This document shows positions 47,622 to 57,805 of a stretch of 64,000 nucleotides of DNA, one piece after another. The notes under the pieces are model-generated. The model saw nothing but the letters and a program-made list of their open reading frames with translations. It ran no database searches and had not been told where the DNA came from. The DNA is from Myxococcota bacterium. Lineage in GTDB: Bacteria; Myxococcota_A; Polyangia; Nannocystales; Nannocystaceae. The stretch covers positions 128,001 to 192,000 of the forward strand of contig JBCCHT010000016.1 of NCBI GenBank assembly GCA_039028615.1, given 5' to 3'. Positions within the stretch are counted from its first letter, which is position 1; each line of letters begins with the position of its first letter. Made by a program: the position numbers and the translations under genes.

Positions 47622-48320
47622 ATGAAGGTTGGTGACGCCCTGACGACCCTGGCGACGGGAGCGGTGTCGGCGTTGGTCGTGGGTTGCCTGGCTTCGGGGG
47701 AGGAGCCGGACGAATCGTGGCGCGGCAGCGAGTCGGAGGTCTGCATCGCGCAGTCGCAGGTGAACCTGGCCGCGGCGCTGCATGTCGAGCTCGAGCAGGG
47801 GCTCGGGGGCGAGGCGGTCGATGCCCTGGCCGAGGCCGAGACCCCGGCCGAGCTGGCGCGCTTCGTGGCCGAGGTGTCGCAGCGCTGTGATGCCTGCGAG
47901 GTCGCGCAGTATCTCGCAGCCGCGATGGACCCGCCCGATCGGCAGCCGATGCTCGGTTCCCACCGCGTGCTCGGGCTCGACATCCTGGAGGTCTCGCAGG
48001 AGTTCCGCGCGGCGCGACCGGCTGCTCCGGCCCCGGGCCTCGACGATCACGGAGACTCGCTGACGAACCTGACCAACGCGATCGACGACCACGGGGACTC
48101 GCTGACGAACCTGACCAACGCCATCGACGACCACGGAGACTCGCTCACCACGCTCGGCGGCGACGGGGGAGGCGGGGGCATTCGCTGCCGCTCGCCCTTC
48201 GCGGGGCTGGGGCTTTGGGGCGTGCCCATCGGCAGCTGCCTCGAGGACGACGGCGGCCTGCCCGTGCCGCCAGCCGACGCCCTCGCGTGGCCCGTGCCAT
48301 CCTGCGACGAGGACCTCTAG
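47622..48320 (+). CDS. Hypothetical lipoprotein with 14-aa tandem repeat
   Basis: ALVVGC lipobox; DDHGDSLTNLTNAI repeats; start uncertain. Confidence 0.6.
   Translation: MKVGDALTTLATGAVSALVVGCLASGEEPDESWRGSESEVCIAQSQVNLAAALHVELEQGLGGEAVDALAEAETPAELARFVAEVSQRCDACEVAQYLAAAMDPPDRQPMLGSHRVLGLDILEVSQEFRAARPAAPAPGLDDHGDSLTNLTNAIDDHGDSLTNLTNAIDDHGDSLTTLGGDGGGGGIRCRSPFAGLGLWGVPIGSCLEDDGGLPVPPADALAWPVPSCDEDL
48040..48155 (+). repeat. 42-bp coding tandem repeat, about 2.8 copies
   Basis: Units start at 48040, 48082 and 48124: TCGACGAYCACGGRGACTCGCTGACGAACCTGACCAACGCSA. Confidence 0.9.
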
Positions 48321-48321
48321 C

Positions 48322-51195
48322 TCACGGCGGGTTCGCGGCCAGCCAGGCGTCGATGCGGGCGACCTCGTCGGTGAGTTCGTCGGCGACCAGGCGAGTACGT
48401 GCTCGCCGGGCCAGGCTCACCGCTCGAGTGCGCTCGGTTTCGGGGAGGCACTGAGCCAGCCCGAAGCGCGCCTGGGCGAGCTCGCGTTGGTTGCCGTTGC
48501 GGCGGACGTGAATGTCCACGACGCGTTCGAAGCCCGCCGCGGCGGCCGACATGGCGCCGACCTGTAGATCGAGCCGAGCGAGCCAGAGCAGTATTCCGGC
48601 CAGCTGCGGGTGGTCGGAGCCATAGCCCTTCTCGAGCTTGGTCTTCGCTTCGTTGAACGAAGCCCGGGCCTCGTCGAGCTGTCCTGCGACCATCGCTACG
48701 GCGCCCTGCTCGAAGATCAGAAAGCCCAGGTCGTGGTGGTCGGGGCCGAGGGCCGCGACGCCGGCCTTCATCGCCTTGTCGGCGGCCTCGCGCGCGGCCT
48801 GGAGGTTGCCCGAGTCCCGCTCGATGGCGGCCAGGTTGGCCCAGGTCACCAGGTTCGAGGGATGCCCCTTGCCGAACAGCCGCTCCGAGATCGCCAGCGC
48901 CTCCTCGATGCTGGCGCGGGCCTCTTTGTCGCGACCGAGCTGGTGGAGCACGTGGGTCTGGTTGACCACCATCCCCATCACCCGGGGACCGCCTTCGGGC
49001 TCGGCCGCACGCGCGATGGACAGCGCGGTCTCGAGGTGCCCGTAGGCGGTATGGAAGTCGCCCTGGTACGCGGCCACGCTGGAGAGGTTCTGGTAAATCT
49101 CGCCGATCTGCGGGTGCCCGGGTCGAGTGATGCCCCGGCGTAGCTCGAGCGACTGTTCGTAGAGTCCCCGCGCGGCGTCGTAGTCCCCGCCGTTCATGCG
49201 CAGCACGGCGAGGTTGTTGATGAGGACCGCCCGCTGCAGCGAAGAGCCATCGTCGTCACCGAGGTGCCGCAGGGCTTCTTCGTAGTGTTTGCGGGCCTTG
49301 GTGTTGTCGCCCTGGCGGAACGCGGTGGTGCCCAGGCCTTGCTCGTAGAGGGCGACGAGGCGGTCGGGTCGATCGATGCGCGCGAGGGCGGCCCGGGCAA
49401 TGGCCGAGCCCAGCTCCGCCGCCTGGGCGTTGGCCTGCTGGTAGCCGAGCAAGTGCGGCATGTGGACCCAGATCCTCGCCAGGAGCTGATCGTCGTGCCC
49501 CTCGGCGGCATCGCGGGCGGCCAGCTCGAACAGCAGCGCCGCTCGGTCCCAGTGCCCCAAGTCGATGTGGACCTCGGCGGCCAGGAGTCGGGCTTCCCCC
49601 GCGAGCGGGGCGTAGTCCAGCTCGGCCGCTCGGGTCACGAGGGCTTCGGCTTCGTCCACGATCTCCGCATCGCGACCCGCGATCGATTGCACTCGCAGCG
49701 ACTCGATCTGGGAGCGGAGGATCTCGGCTCGCTTCGCCCGATCGGGATCGTCGGGAGGGGGCACCGTCTGACGCAGGCGCTCGGTGTCCTCGCAGACGTC
49801 GATCGGGGTCAGCGAGCCCGCGAGCGCGAAGCTGTGGTCGAGGATGGACGAGTCGGCGGTCTCCAGCAGATCGAGGCGGGCGTGGAGTTCGTCGAGGCGT
49901 CGGCCCAGGCACTCGCGGCGCAGGTCGAACATCAGGTCTGACTGCTCGCCGCGGACGCGGGTGGCCTCGCAGGCATCGCGCGCGGACCGACGCCAGCGCT
50001 CCTCGTAGTCGCCGATGATCGCGGCACTCCGGGACCACAGCGCGGGGGCGTGGGGCTCACCGGTGGTCGCGAAGGCGCGCGCGATGGCATCGTCGCGGTC
50101 GGCCGACCAGATCGCGTCCATCTCCGCGTCGGCGCCTTCGCAGGGGGGTGCAGGCGCGGCGGGCTCGGGCCGCGGGCGTACGGCGAGGGCCACGATCCCG
50201 CCCAGTGCGAGGACGCCGGCCGTGCCGAGAATCCATCGGAGGCGCCGCTTGGCGGGGTCGACGAGCAAGGCATCGAGCAGAGTCTCCATGCTCGGCCAAC
50301 GCAGCATTGGGTCGCGCTCGAGGCCTCGCATCACCACGCGACGGACCGCGCTCGGGACATCGTTGCGCGCGGGCGGGTCCTTGCGTGCGCCGCGGGTCAC
50401 CGCGCTGACCAGCTCGGGCAGCGACTCGCCGCCGAAGGGGTGCTCGCCGTAGAGCGCTCGATACAAGGACACGCAGAACCCGAACTGATCGGTGCGCGCG
50501 TCCACGTCCTCCCGGGCGTGCTGCTCGGGGGCCATGAACGCGGGCGTGCCGATCATCGCCGCCCCGTCGGTCAGCGAGTTGATCGTCTGAGGCTCGGCCC
50601 CGGAGATCGGGTCGGTGGGGATCTCGAGGGGGCCGCCGTGGGTGCGCACGAGGCCGAAGTCGGTGACCTTGGCTCGTCCCTTGCGATCGATGAGCACGTT
50701 GGCGGGCTTGAAGTCACGGTGCACCATGCCCGCCGCGTGGGCCGCTGCCAGTCCGCGGCCCGCCTGGGCGAAGACCTTGACGATCTCGGGCACGGTCCGC
50801 GTGCGGGCGCGCAGCCAGCCGTCGAGATCGGTGCCGTCGACGAACTCCATCGCCACGAAGACCTCGTCGTCGACCGTGCCCACGTCGTGCACCGCGACGA
50901 CGTTGGGGTGCGAGAGCTTGGCCATGGCCTGCGCTTCGCGGACCAGTCGCTGCCGAGCGATGGTGGCCTTGGATCTTCGCTGCTCGCCGCGCAAGACCTT
51001 GACCGCGACGCGGCGGTCGAGCTCTGGATCGTAGGCGCCATAGACCAGGCCCATGCCGCCCTTGCCCAGCAGCTGGAGCACGGTGTAGCGGCCGATCCGT
51101 TCGCCTTCGCGCCGGAGCGTGCGACGCTCGCCCCGGTCGCGGGGAGCCGACTCCGGGTCGTCTCCGGCAATGGTGGGCTCGCCCGCGGTCTCCAC
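48322..51195 (-). CDS. Ser/Thr protein kinase with TM segment and TPR repeats
   Basis: LGKGGMGLVY, HRDFKPAN, DFGL, GTPAFMAPE; paralog of 20333-23218. Confidence 0.93.
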   Translation of the reverse strand: METAGEPTIAGDDPESAPRDRGERRTLRREGERIGRYTVLQLLGKGGMGLVYGAYDPELDRRVAVKVLRGEQRRSKATIARQRLVREAQAMAKLSHPNVVAVHDVGTVDDEVFVAMEFVDGTDLDGWLRARTRTVPEIVKVFAQAGRGLAAAHAAGMVHRDFKPANVLIDRKGRAKVTDFGLVRTHGGPLEIPTDPISGAEPQTINSLTDGAAMIGTPAFMAPEQHAREDVDARTDQFGFCVSLYRALYGEHPFGGESLPELVSAVTRGARKDPPARNDVPSAVRRVVMRGLERDPMLRWPSMETLLDALLVDPAKRRLRWILGTAGVLALGGIVALAVRPRPEPAAPAPPCEGADAEMDAIWSADRDDAIARAFATTGEPHAPALWSRSAAIIGDYEERWRRSARDACEATRVRGEQSDLMFDLRRECLGRRLDELHARLDLLETADSSILDHSFALAGSLTPIDVCEDTERLRQTVPPPDDPDRAKRAEILRSQIESLRVQSIAGRDAEIVDEAEALVTRAAELDYAPLAGEARLLAAEVHIDLGHWDRAALLFELAARDAAEGHDDQLLARIWVHMPHLLGYQQANAQAAELGSAIARAALARIDRPDRLVALYEQGLGTTAFRQGDNTKARKHYEEALRHLGDDDGSSLQRAVLINNLAVLRMNGGDYDAARGLYEQSLELRRGITRPGHPQIGEIYQNLSSVAAYQGDFHTAYGHLETALSIARAAEPEGGPRVMGMVVNQTHVLHQLGRDKEARASIEEALAISERLFGKGHPSNLVTWANLAAIERDSGNLQAAREAADKAMKAGVAALGPDHHDLGFLIFEQGAVAMVAGQLDEARASFNEAKTKLEKGYGSDHPQLAGILLWLARLDLQVGAMSAAAAGFERVVDIHVRRNGNQRELAQARFGLAQCLPETERTRAVSLARRARTRLVADELTDEVARIDAWLAANPP

Positions 51196-51252
51196 GGGCC
51201 GATTGTATGCGCCGCTCGGCGCGCGTGCTGGGCTCCGCTATGGTCCGCGGCG

Positions 51253-52434
51253 GTGCCCAAGGACACGTTGTTCTCTCGTGCGTTCGGATTGGCCTTTGGC
51301 GCCAATTTCCTGCACAGCCTGGCGTTTTTTGGCTACCTGCACCTACCGGGTTATTTGTCGCGGCTCGGCGCGGACGAGCTGATGATCGGGATCGTCGTGG
51401 GGGCGATGGCGGCCTCGGCGATTGCGTCTCGACCCGCGCTGGGCTGGCTGATGGACCGCCGCGGGCGGCACCTCGTGGCGCAGATCGGCTCCGTGATCCA
51501 CCTGGTGATCGCGCTGTGCTACCTGCTGATCGACTCGGTCGGCCCGCTGCTGTTCATCATTCGAGTGGTGCACGGCATCGCCGAGGCGATGCTCTTTTCC
51601 TCGTTGTTCACCATCGCGGCGGACGTCGCTCCCGCGTCGCGGCGCACCGAGGGCATCGCGTGGTTCGGGATCTCCGGGCTCATCCCCATGGCCTTGAGCG
51701 GCCTGTTGGGAGACTTGATCCTGAAGCACGCCGACTATCCCGAGCTGTTCATCGCGTGCGCATCGGTGGCGGCGTTGGGGGGCCTGTGCGCCTGGGGACT
51801 CACCGACTCGCGCCCGAAGGTGGAAGAAGGCGCGGCCGTCCAGCGCTCGTTCTTCGCGGCGGTGATGCAACCCCGCCTGCGCCCTTTGTGGCTGATGGGC
51901 TTCGCCTTCGCGCTGGCCATCGCGTCCTACTTCACGTTCCTCAAGACCTTCATCGAGGAAGCCGGGGTCGGCTCGATGGGGTTGTTCTATTCGGTCTACT
52001 CGGTGGCGGCGGTGCTGCTCCGCCTCGCGCTGGGCTGGGTCCCCGACCGCATCGGGCCGCGGCTGACCCTGGGACCCGCCATGGTCTCGGTGATCGTGGG
52101 GCTGGCGACCCTGGCCCTGGCGACCGGCGACCTCGGGGTCGCCATCGCCGGCCTACTGTGCGGCACCGGGCACGCGTTCGTGTTCCCGATCTTGTCGTCG
52201 TTGGTGGTGAGCCGGGCCGCGGCCCATGAGCGCGGCGCGGCCCTGGCCATGTTCACCGCGTTGTTCGACTTCGGGATGTTGGTGGGTTCACCCTTACTCG
52301 GGGCCGTGCTCGAGGCCACCGACTACACATCGATGTTTGGTACGGCGGGCTCGATCGCCGTGGTCGGTTCGGTGGTCTACGCGTTCTGGGATCGGGCCGT
52401 GGTTCCACCCGAACGCGCCGCGCAAGAGGCCTGA
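51253..52434 (+). CDS. MFS transporter
   Basis: 12 hydrophobic segments; motif A-like GWLMDRRGR and GWVPDRIGPR; GTG start at about 51253. Confidence 0.9.
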   Translation: MPKDTLFSRAFGLAFGANFLHSLAFFGYLHLPGYLSRLGADELMIGIVVGAMAASAIASRPALGWLMDRRGRHLVAQIGSVIHLVIALCYLLIDSVGPLLFIIRVVHGIAEAMLFSSLFTIAADVAPASRRTEGIAWFGISGLIPMALSGLLGDLILKHADYPELFIACASVAALGGLCAWGLTDSRPKVEEGAAVQRSFFAAVMQPRLRPLWLMGFAFALAIASYFTFLKTFIEEAGVGSMGLFYSVYSVAAVLLRLALGWVPDRIGPRLTLGPAMVSVIVGLATLALATGDLGVAIAGLLCGTGHAFVFPILSSLVVSRAAAHERGAALAMFTALFDFGMLVGSPLLGAVLEATDYTSMFGTAGSIAVVGSVVYAFWDRAVVPPERAAQEA

Positions 52435-52753
52435 GGCGGGCTTCGGCAGGCGACAACGCTCACGGCGTTCACCCGGATTCAACGCACGTCGCATGGCGTG
52501 GCGCGGGTTTTTGCGCTCTTCATTCAATACGGCGGCGTCGCGCGGGGACATCGATGAGTCGCGCGCCGGACCGTGCGAACTGGCCGCGGTCGCATTCGTT
52601 CAATGCTGGACCTCCCACTATTTCGCGCGCGAACGATGCGGTGCGGGCCGTTCGTACGTCGGCGTCACACGTCGGGTCGGCTGTACTTTTCGTCGATATC
52701 GCCTACATAGCCCCCCGACGCGGGTACCCGGATCTTGGGGTATCCCCTGGTGA

Positions 52754-53326
52754 ATGGAGACTTTGAACATGTCCTACTCGGGATTCAATTCCGCCCTCTT
52801 GTTCGCTGCGGCCCTCGGCTTGGCTGGATGCCCGGGAGACGACTCTGGCGACACCTCGACCACCGACGCGGCGACCACGGAAGCCACCACCGCGAGCAAC
52901 GACGAGACGGGTGACGACGCCACGACCGACGCGGCCACGACCGAAGAGGCGACGACCGACGAGGCCACCTCCGACGAGTCGGGCACCGCGGGCGAGTCCG
53001 GTGACGCCGAGCTCGGCCGCATCGAGGTCACGGTGAACTACGAAGGGGCCGGGACCGGCACCCTCAACGTCGTGCTGCTGACGAGCTTCCCTCCCGCCGG
53101 CCCCCCCGTGGCCATCAACGCGGAGATGGACGCGACCTTCCCGTGGACCGGGACCTTGAGCGAGATCGACCCGGGCGACTACTTCGTGTTCGCGACCCTC
53201 GACATCGGCAACGACAACCCCACCATCCCCGGTGACGAGGACGCGCAGGCGATGGAAGCCGCCATGGTGACCGTCGTCGGCGGAGAGATGGTCACCGCCG
53301 ATCTCACCCTGGTCGACCCGCGATAG
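52754..53326 (+). CDS. Hypothetical lipoprotein
   Basis: LGLAGC lipobox, T/D/E linker, beta-sandwich-like C-terminus. Confidence 0.7.
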   Translation: METLNMSYSGFNSALLFAAALGLAGCPGDDSGDTSTTDAATTEATTASNDETGDDATTDAATTEEATTDEATSDESGTAGESGDAELGRIEVTVNYEGAGTGTLNVVLLTSFPPAGPPVAINAEMDATFPWTGTLSEIDPGDYFVFATLDIGNDNPTIPGDEDAQAMEAAMVTVVGGEMVTADLTLVDPR

Positions 53327-53364
53327 CGACGTCGCCTCGAGTGCCGAGCCCGAGTAGAGCAGCC

Positions 53365-53982
53365 ATGCGATCGATGCATGAACGAATGATTGTGGTCGCG
53401 TTGGTCGCCTCGTTGGGCACGGCGTGTGGTTCCGAGCCGGCCGAGGGCACTCCCTCGGCCGGGACGACGACCGGGGCGGGCTCGAGCTCGTCGACGCCCG
53501 ACTCCTCGGGAGGCCCGGCCTCGTCGAGCGGCGAGGCCGAGCCCACCACGGAGATCGTGCCCGGTGTCGGCATCGGCGATCTGACCATCGGTGCGCGCGG
53601 TGATGCCCTCGCCGACTTGGCCGGGGAGCCCGATTCCTCGCTGCGCTTCGGCAACCTCGTGTTGCTCACCTTCGAGAACGAGGGCCTCGAGGTCCTGTTG
53701 GTGGCTCCGATCGGCGAAGAGCTGACCGCGACGGCCAAGGTGCTGTCCATCGCGGCGCTGTCTTCGGACATCGCGTTCAGCGGCCCCGCCCTGCCCGGCG
53801 AGGAGCGTGAGGACGTGCTCATGCGCTCCGGGACCCCCAGCGAGTCGGTCGGCGACGCGGACTTCTACGAGGCGGGCTGGTCGGTGGTCTATCGCGCCAG
53901 CGGCAAGGCCAAGAGCGTCACCGTCTTTACCCCCTACACCATCGCCATCGAGCCCCCTCCGATGACCCCGATTGGCGGATGA
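53365..53982 (+). CDS. Hypothetical lipoprotein
   Basis: LGTAC lipobox, S/T linker, IVPGVGIG motif; stop overlaps the next ATG. Confidence 0.7.
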   Translation: MRSMHERMIVVALVASLGTACGSEPAEGTPSAGTTTGAGSSSSTPDSSGGPASSSGEAEPTTEIVPGVGIGDLTIGARGDALADLAGEPDSSLRFGNLVLLTFENEGLEVLLVAPIGEELTATAKVLSIAALSSDIAFSGPALPGEEREDVLMRSGTPSESVGDADFYEAGWSVVYRASGKAKSVTVFTPYTIAIEPPPMTPIGG

Positions 53983-55079
53983 CCATGAGCATGACCCACA
54001 AAACCCTCCACGCTCTGGCCGCGTGCACCCTGGCCGCCGGGCTCGTGTCGGCTCCGGCCCAGGCTTCCATCGAGGTCAACGGCCAGCCGCTGCAAGTCGT
54101 GGACATGCACCTGCACTCCGGGCAGTTCGGCACGATGAACCCCGAGGGCAAGGCCTTCATCCTGGGCGCGGTGCCGCCGTTCCTGCTCGGTCACGCGCCC
54201 GCCTTGCTGTCCGCTGGCTTGGACCCCTACGAGGAGCACGCGGGCATCCAGGCCGAGACCCGCTTCGCCGGGGCCGACCACGCGGTGGTCCTGGCCGTCT
54301 ACACCGCGCGCACGACGGGCTACTACACCAACCACGAGCTGCTCGAGGTGCTCGAGGACCCGCGCAACGACGGATGGGCGTGGGGGCTCGCGAGCATCAA
54401 CCTCACCGATGTCGAAGACGATCCCGAGCTGCTCGACTCGCGGCTCGACGCCATGCGCTCGTTCCTGACCGAGCGACCGGACCTGTTCATCGGGATCAAG
54501 CTGGCGCACACCCATCAGGCGGTGACCCTCGACGACGAGGCCTCGTTCCGCATCTACGAGCTCGCGGGCGAGGTGGGCGTGCCCGTCTTGCTGCACACCG
54601 GGTTCTCGCCCTTCCCCAACACGATCGGGGAGCCCGAGTACTACGACCCCGGCTACCTCACCGACATCGTCACGCTCTTCGACGGCAACAACGGGCCGCG
54701 GGTCGACTTCGTGTTCTCCCATGTGGGGCAGGGCGACGCCCGGGCGGTGGAGGCCGCGATGACCCTGGCCGAGTCCTCGGACAACGTCTGGCTCGAGATC
54801 AGCGCCCTGCGAGGACCCCTTCGCATCGACGAAAACGGCGAAGAGACCGACTCGAAGGAACCCCAGTATCCCTACGTCCTCGAGCAGATCCTGGCCCGAG
54901 ACTTGGTGGATCGCACCATCTTCGCCAGCGATGGCGCGCAGCTGTCCGGCTTCGTGAAGAGCTACCTGGGCGACATCGTCGACGGCATGATCGACGCGGG
55001 CTACAGCACCGAAGACATGGCCCGCGTACTGGCGGGCAGCTTCTTCGAGGCCTACACGCGCGCCGATCCAGGGGCGTGA
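53979..55079 (+). CDS. Secreted amidohydrolase-family (amidohydro_2) protein
   Basis: Signal peptide; VDMHLH, LLHTG, FSHVG, IFASDG. Confidence 0.85.
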   Translation: MTMSMTHKTLHALAACTLAAGLVSAPAQASIEVNGQPLQVVDMHLHSGQFGTMNPEGKAFILGAVPPFLLGHAPALLSAGLDPYEEHAGIQAETRFAGADHAVVLAVYTARTTGYYTNHELLEVLEDPRNDGWAWGLASINLTDVEDDPELLDSRLDAMRSFLTERPDLFIGIKLAHTHQAVTLDDEASFRIYELAGEVGVPVLLHTGFSPFPNTIGEPEYYDPGYLTDIVTLFDGNNGPRVDFVFSHVGQGDARAVEAAMTLAESSDNVWLEISALRGPLRIDENGEETDSKEPQYPYVLEQILARDLVDRTIFASDGAQLSGFVKSYLGDIVDGMIDAGYSTEDMARVLAGSFFEAYTRADPGA

Positions 55080-55111
55080 GCAGCCGGGCCCGTCGGGGCC
55101 CAGCCGTCGCC

Positions 55112-56446
55112 TCAGCAGCCGGGCGGGGTCGTGGTCCAGTGGGCGCTGGCCCGGGGCACGACCTGCACCGCGCGCCCGCGGTCGTCCATCGGGTACGACA
55201 CGACGGCCCAGCTCTGCGACTTCACGAACACGCCCATCTCCCGGCCGCATTCCACGGTGCCGACGGCCGAGACGTCGGAGTCCTCGAGGTTGCGCTTGCC
55301 GTACACGACGCAGGTCGGCGCGGCGCAGTAGCGGCTCTCGATGCGCAGGTCTTCTTCCGGGTGCGGGCCGTGGTCGGCGAAGCCTCCGTTGCGGAAGCCA
55401 TCGGTGCGGTCGATGACCTGGACCATGCGATCGCGGTCGGCCATGGGGTAGGAGACGACCATGCGGTCTCCGCTCTGCACGAACACGCCCATCTTGGTGT
55501 TTCGCGGCACGGTGCCCAGCGGCTGCCAGACGCCGTCGATCTCCTTGGTCATGGAGACGGGGCACTCGTCGCGGTCGCAGATGACCCACGAGTAGTCGCC
55601 GATGTCCCAGTCGTACGAGTCGAGAATCTCGCGGGAGCGGCGGTCGATCCACGCCTTGATGGGATCGAGCCGAGCGTACGAGCCGCCCCGGGACACGATG
55701 CCGAAGATCACCGGGACGGTCGCGCCGCCCTGCCCATCGTTGGGTTCACCCGCACGCTCGAGGAACAGCGGTCCGCCCGAGTCGCCCGGGTTGATGGGCG
55801 AGTCCTCGGTGTCCAGCAGCTGGAAGGGGTAGCGGGCATCCGTGGGCAGCAGGGGCTCGAGGGTGGTCGAGCGCCGCATGATGCCGCCGCTGTCGACTCC
55901 GTCGTCCATGCGACCGTTGATCCACATCGTGGAGCCGTCCTCGGGCCGGCTGGAGCCGATCCGGGCGTGGACGGGCGCGGAGTCGGTGGGCAGCTCCATG
56001 CTGGAGTTCAGTCCCACCAGGGCCACGTCGTACATCTCGCCGGGCCCGGTCTCGTTGAGGTGGTAGTGGGAGTCGTAGGTCCAGATCCGGGCGAGATCGA
56101 TGGTGGCGGAGTCGAGGTCGTTGCTGACGAACCCGTCCTTCAGGGTGATCGCCGGACCCACGCAGTGCGCCGCGGTCAGTACGGTGACCTCGTTGAGCAG
56201 AACGCCGGTACAGCTGCTTTGGTTGGTGTTGAAGCGGACGGTCTGCATGAGCCCGCCCGGCTGACCTCCCTGGATCGGCACGGCGGGCAGGGTTCCGTCG
56301 TCGGCATCGCCTCCGCTCGCCTCGCCCTCGTCCCCACCGTCGGCCCAGGCTTCGGGATCGCGGGCCGAGTCGTCGTCGCAGGCGGTCAGGGCGAGAGAGC
56401 ACGCCAGCAGGCAATGAACGGGGAGGAGAGGGCGGGGGGAGGACAT
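55112..56446 (-). CDS. Trypsin-like (S1) serine protease lipoprotein with duplicated C-terminal domain
   Basis: LTAAHCV, YDVAL, GDSGGPL; lipobox ALTAC. Confidence 0.88.
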   Translation of the reverse strand: MSSPRPLLPVHCLLACSLALTACDDDSARDPEAWADGGDEGEASGGDADDGTLPAVPIQGGQPGGLMQTVRFNTNQSSCTGVLLNEVTVLTAAHCVGPAITLKDGFVSNDLDSATIDLARIWTYDSHYHLNETGPGEMYDVALVGLNSSMELPTDSAPVHARIGSSRPEDGSTMWINGRMDDGVDSGGIMRRSTTLEPLLPTDARYPFQLLDTEDSPINPGDSGGPLFLERAGEPNDGQGGATVPVIFGIVSRGGSYARLDPIKAWIDRRSREILDSYDWDIGDYSWVICDRDECPVSMTKEIDGVWQPLGTVPRNTKMGVFVQSGDRMVVSYPMADRDRMVQVIDRTDGFRNGGFADHGPHPEEDLRIESRYCAAPTCVVYGKRNLEDSDVSAVGTVECGREMGVFVKSQSWAVVSYPMDDRGRAVQVVPRASAHWTTTPPGC

Positions 56447-56529
56447 CACGCCAGTGGATGCCGACACCCCCGGTCTGGTTCAGTCCAAACCCGAAAAAAG
56501 TTCGCTTGCGTCGATGGAGGGGGAATCCC

Positions 56530-57570
56530 TTAGGCGCTCTTCGACATGGCAGCGCGGATTCGCCCCAGGGCTTCGTCGATGACGGCCGGGTCGTGGTGAC
56601 GGTTGGTCACGAGGCGAACCTGGTGCGGCGGGCGCCCGCTGGCGATGACTCCACCGTCGCGCAGGCGGGCCAGCACGGCGTCGGTACTCAGGCCGCTGTC
56701 GCGATGATCGACGTAGACCATGTTGGTGTCGACGGCGTCGAGGTCGACCGCGAGCCCCGGAATCTCCGCGATGCCGGCCGCCAGGCGCTTCGCATGCGCG
56801 TGGTCGTCGGCGAGTCGGTCGACCATCTGCTCGAGCGCGACGATCCCGGGAGCGGCGATGATGCCTGCTTGCCGCATGCCTCCGCCGAGGCGGCGGCGAA
56901 CCTCGTCGGCCTTGGTGATGAACTCTCGGCTCCCGGCCAGCACCGAGCCCAGAGGGCAGCTGAGACCCTTGGTCAGGCACAGCATCACCGAGTCGACGTG
57001 GCGGGTGTAGTCGCCGACCTCGACGCCGGCCGCGATCGCAGCGTTGAAGATCCGTGCTCCGTCCAAGTGAACGGATAAACCCTTGTCGCGGGCGACGTCG
57101 CACAGCGCGGTGTGTCGATCCAGCGGGACCACCCGGCCGCCGCTGCGGTTGTGGGTGTTCTCGAGGCAGAGCAGGCGTGCGCGGGGATAGTGAATGTCGC
57201 GCTCGCGGATGGCCGCCGACAGCTCGTCGGGATCGAGGCAGCCCGCCGTCGAGCGCAGCGGCCAGGGGATGAGCCCGGCCACGTTCGAGAGCGAGCCGCC
57301 CTCGTAGTAGTAGATGTGGCTGTCGTGATCGACGAACACCTCGTCGCCGGGGGAGGCGTGCACCATCAATGCGATGAGGTTGCCCATGTGTCCGCTCGGC
57401 ACGAGCATGGCGGCCTCTTTGCCGAGCCGCTGTGCCGCGAGCGACTCGAAGCGAGCCACCGTGGGATCTTCGTCATAGGTATCGTCGCCCAGCGGCGCGG
57501 TGGCGATGGCCTCCAGCATCGCCGGGGTGGGCAGGGTTTGGGTGTCGCTCCGCAGGTTGATGGGCGTCAT
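56530..57570 (-). CDS. ltaE: Low-specificity L-threonine aldolase
   Basis: NLRSDTQT, GDDTYDEDPTV, LENTHN, HLDGARIFNA, CLTKGL, GGGMRQAG. Confidence 0.9.
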   Translation of the reverse strand: MTPINLRSDTQTLPTPAMLEAIATAPLGDDTYDEDPTVARFESLAAQRLGKEAAMLVPSGHMGNLIALMVHASPGDEVFVDHDSHIYYYEGGSLSNVAGLIPWPLRSTAGCLDPDELSAAIRERDIHYPRARLLCLENTHNRSGGRVVPLDRHTALCDVARDKGLSVHLDGARIFNAAIAAGVEVGDYTRHVDSVMLCLTKGLSCPLGSVLAGSREFITKADEVRRRLGGGMRQAGIIAAPGIVALEQMVDRLADDHAHAKRLAAGIAEIPGLAVDLDAVDTNMVYVDHRDSGLSTDAVLARLRDGGVIASGRPPHQVRLVTNRHHDPAVIDEALGRIRAAMSKSA

Positions 57571-57805
57571 GACTCGATGCCTCTTTCATGCCGTGGGGCA
57601 CTGGTCCCGGCCTCACGGGCCGTTTGGCCGATGCACTCGGGCTGGGGCATCGTGCCACGCGGCTCGAGACCAGCCCCGCGTGGCGTCCGCCCCGTCCTTG
57701 CCCGTGAGGCCCCTTTTCATGGAAAGCGTCGCGAGTTTTCGATGGCGGAGCAAGCCCTGGCAATCGAGCGAGGACGTCACGCGGCGTCCGTGCCACAGTG
57801 TGCCC

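Noticed and set aside
48040..48155. CRISPR array
   Set aside because: Contiguous in-frame repeats with no spacers and no cas genes.
50050..52434. 794-aa MFS with a long N-terminal extension
   Set aside because: The extension is antisense to the kinase gene; the MFS begins near 51253.
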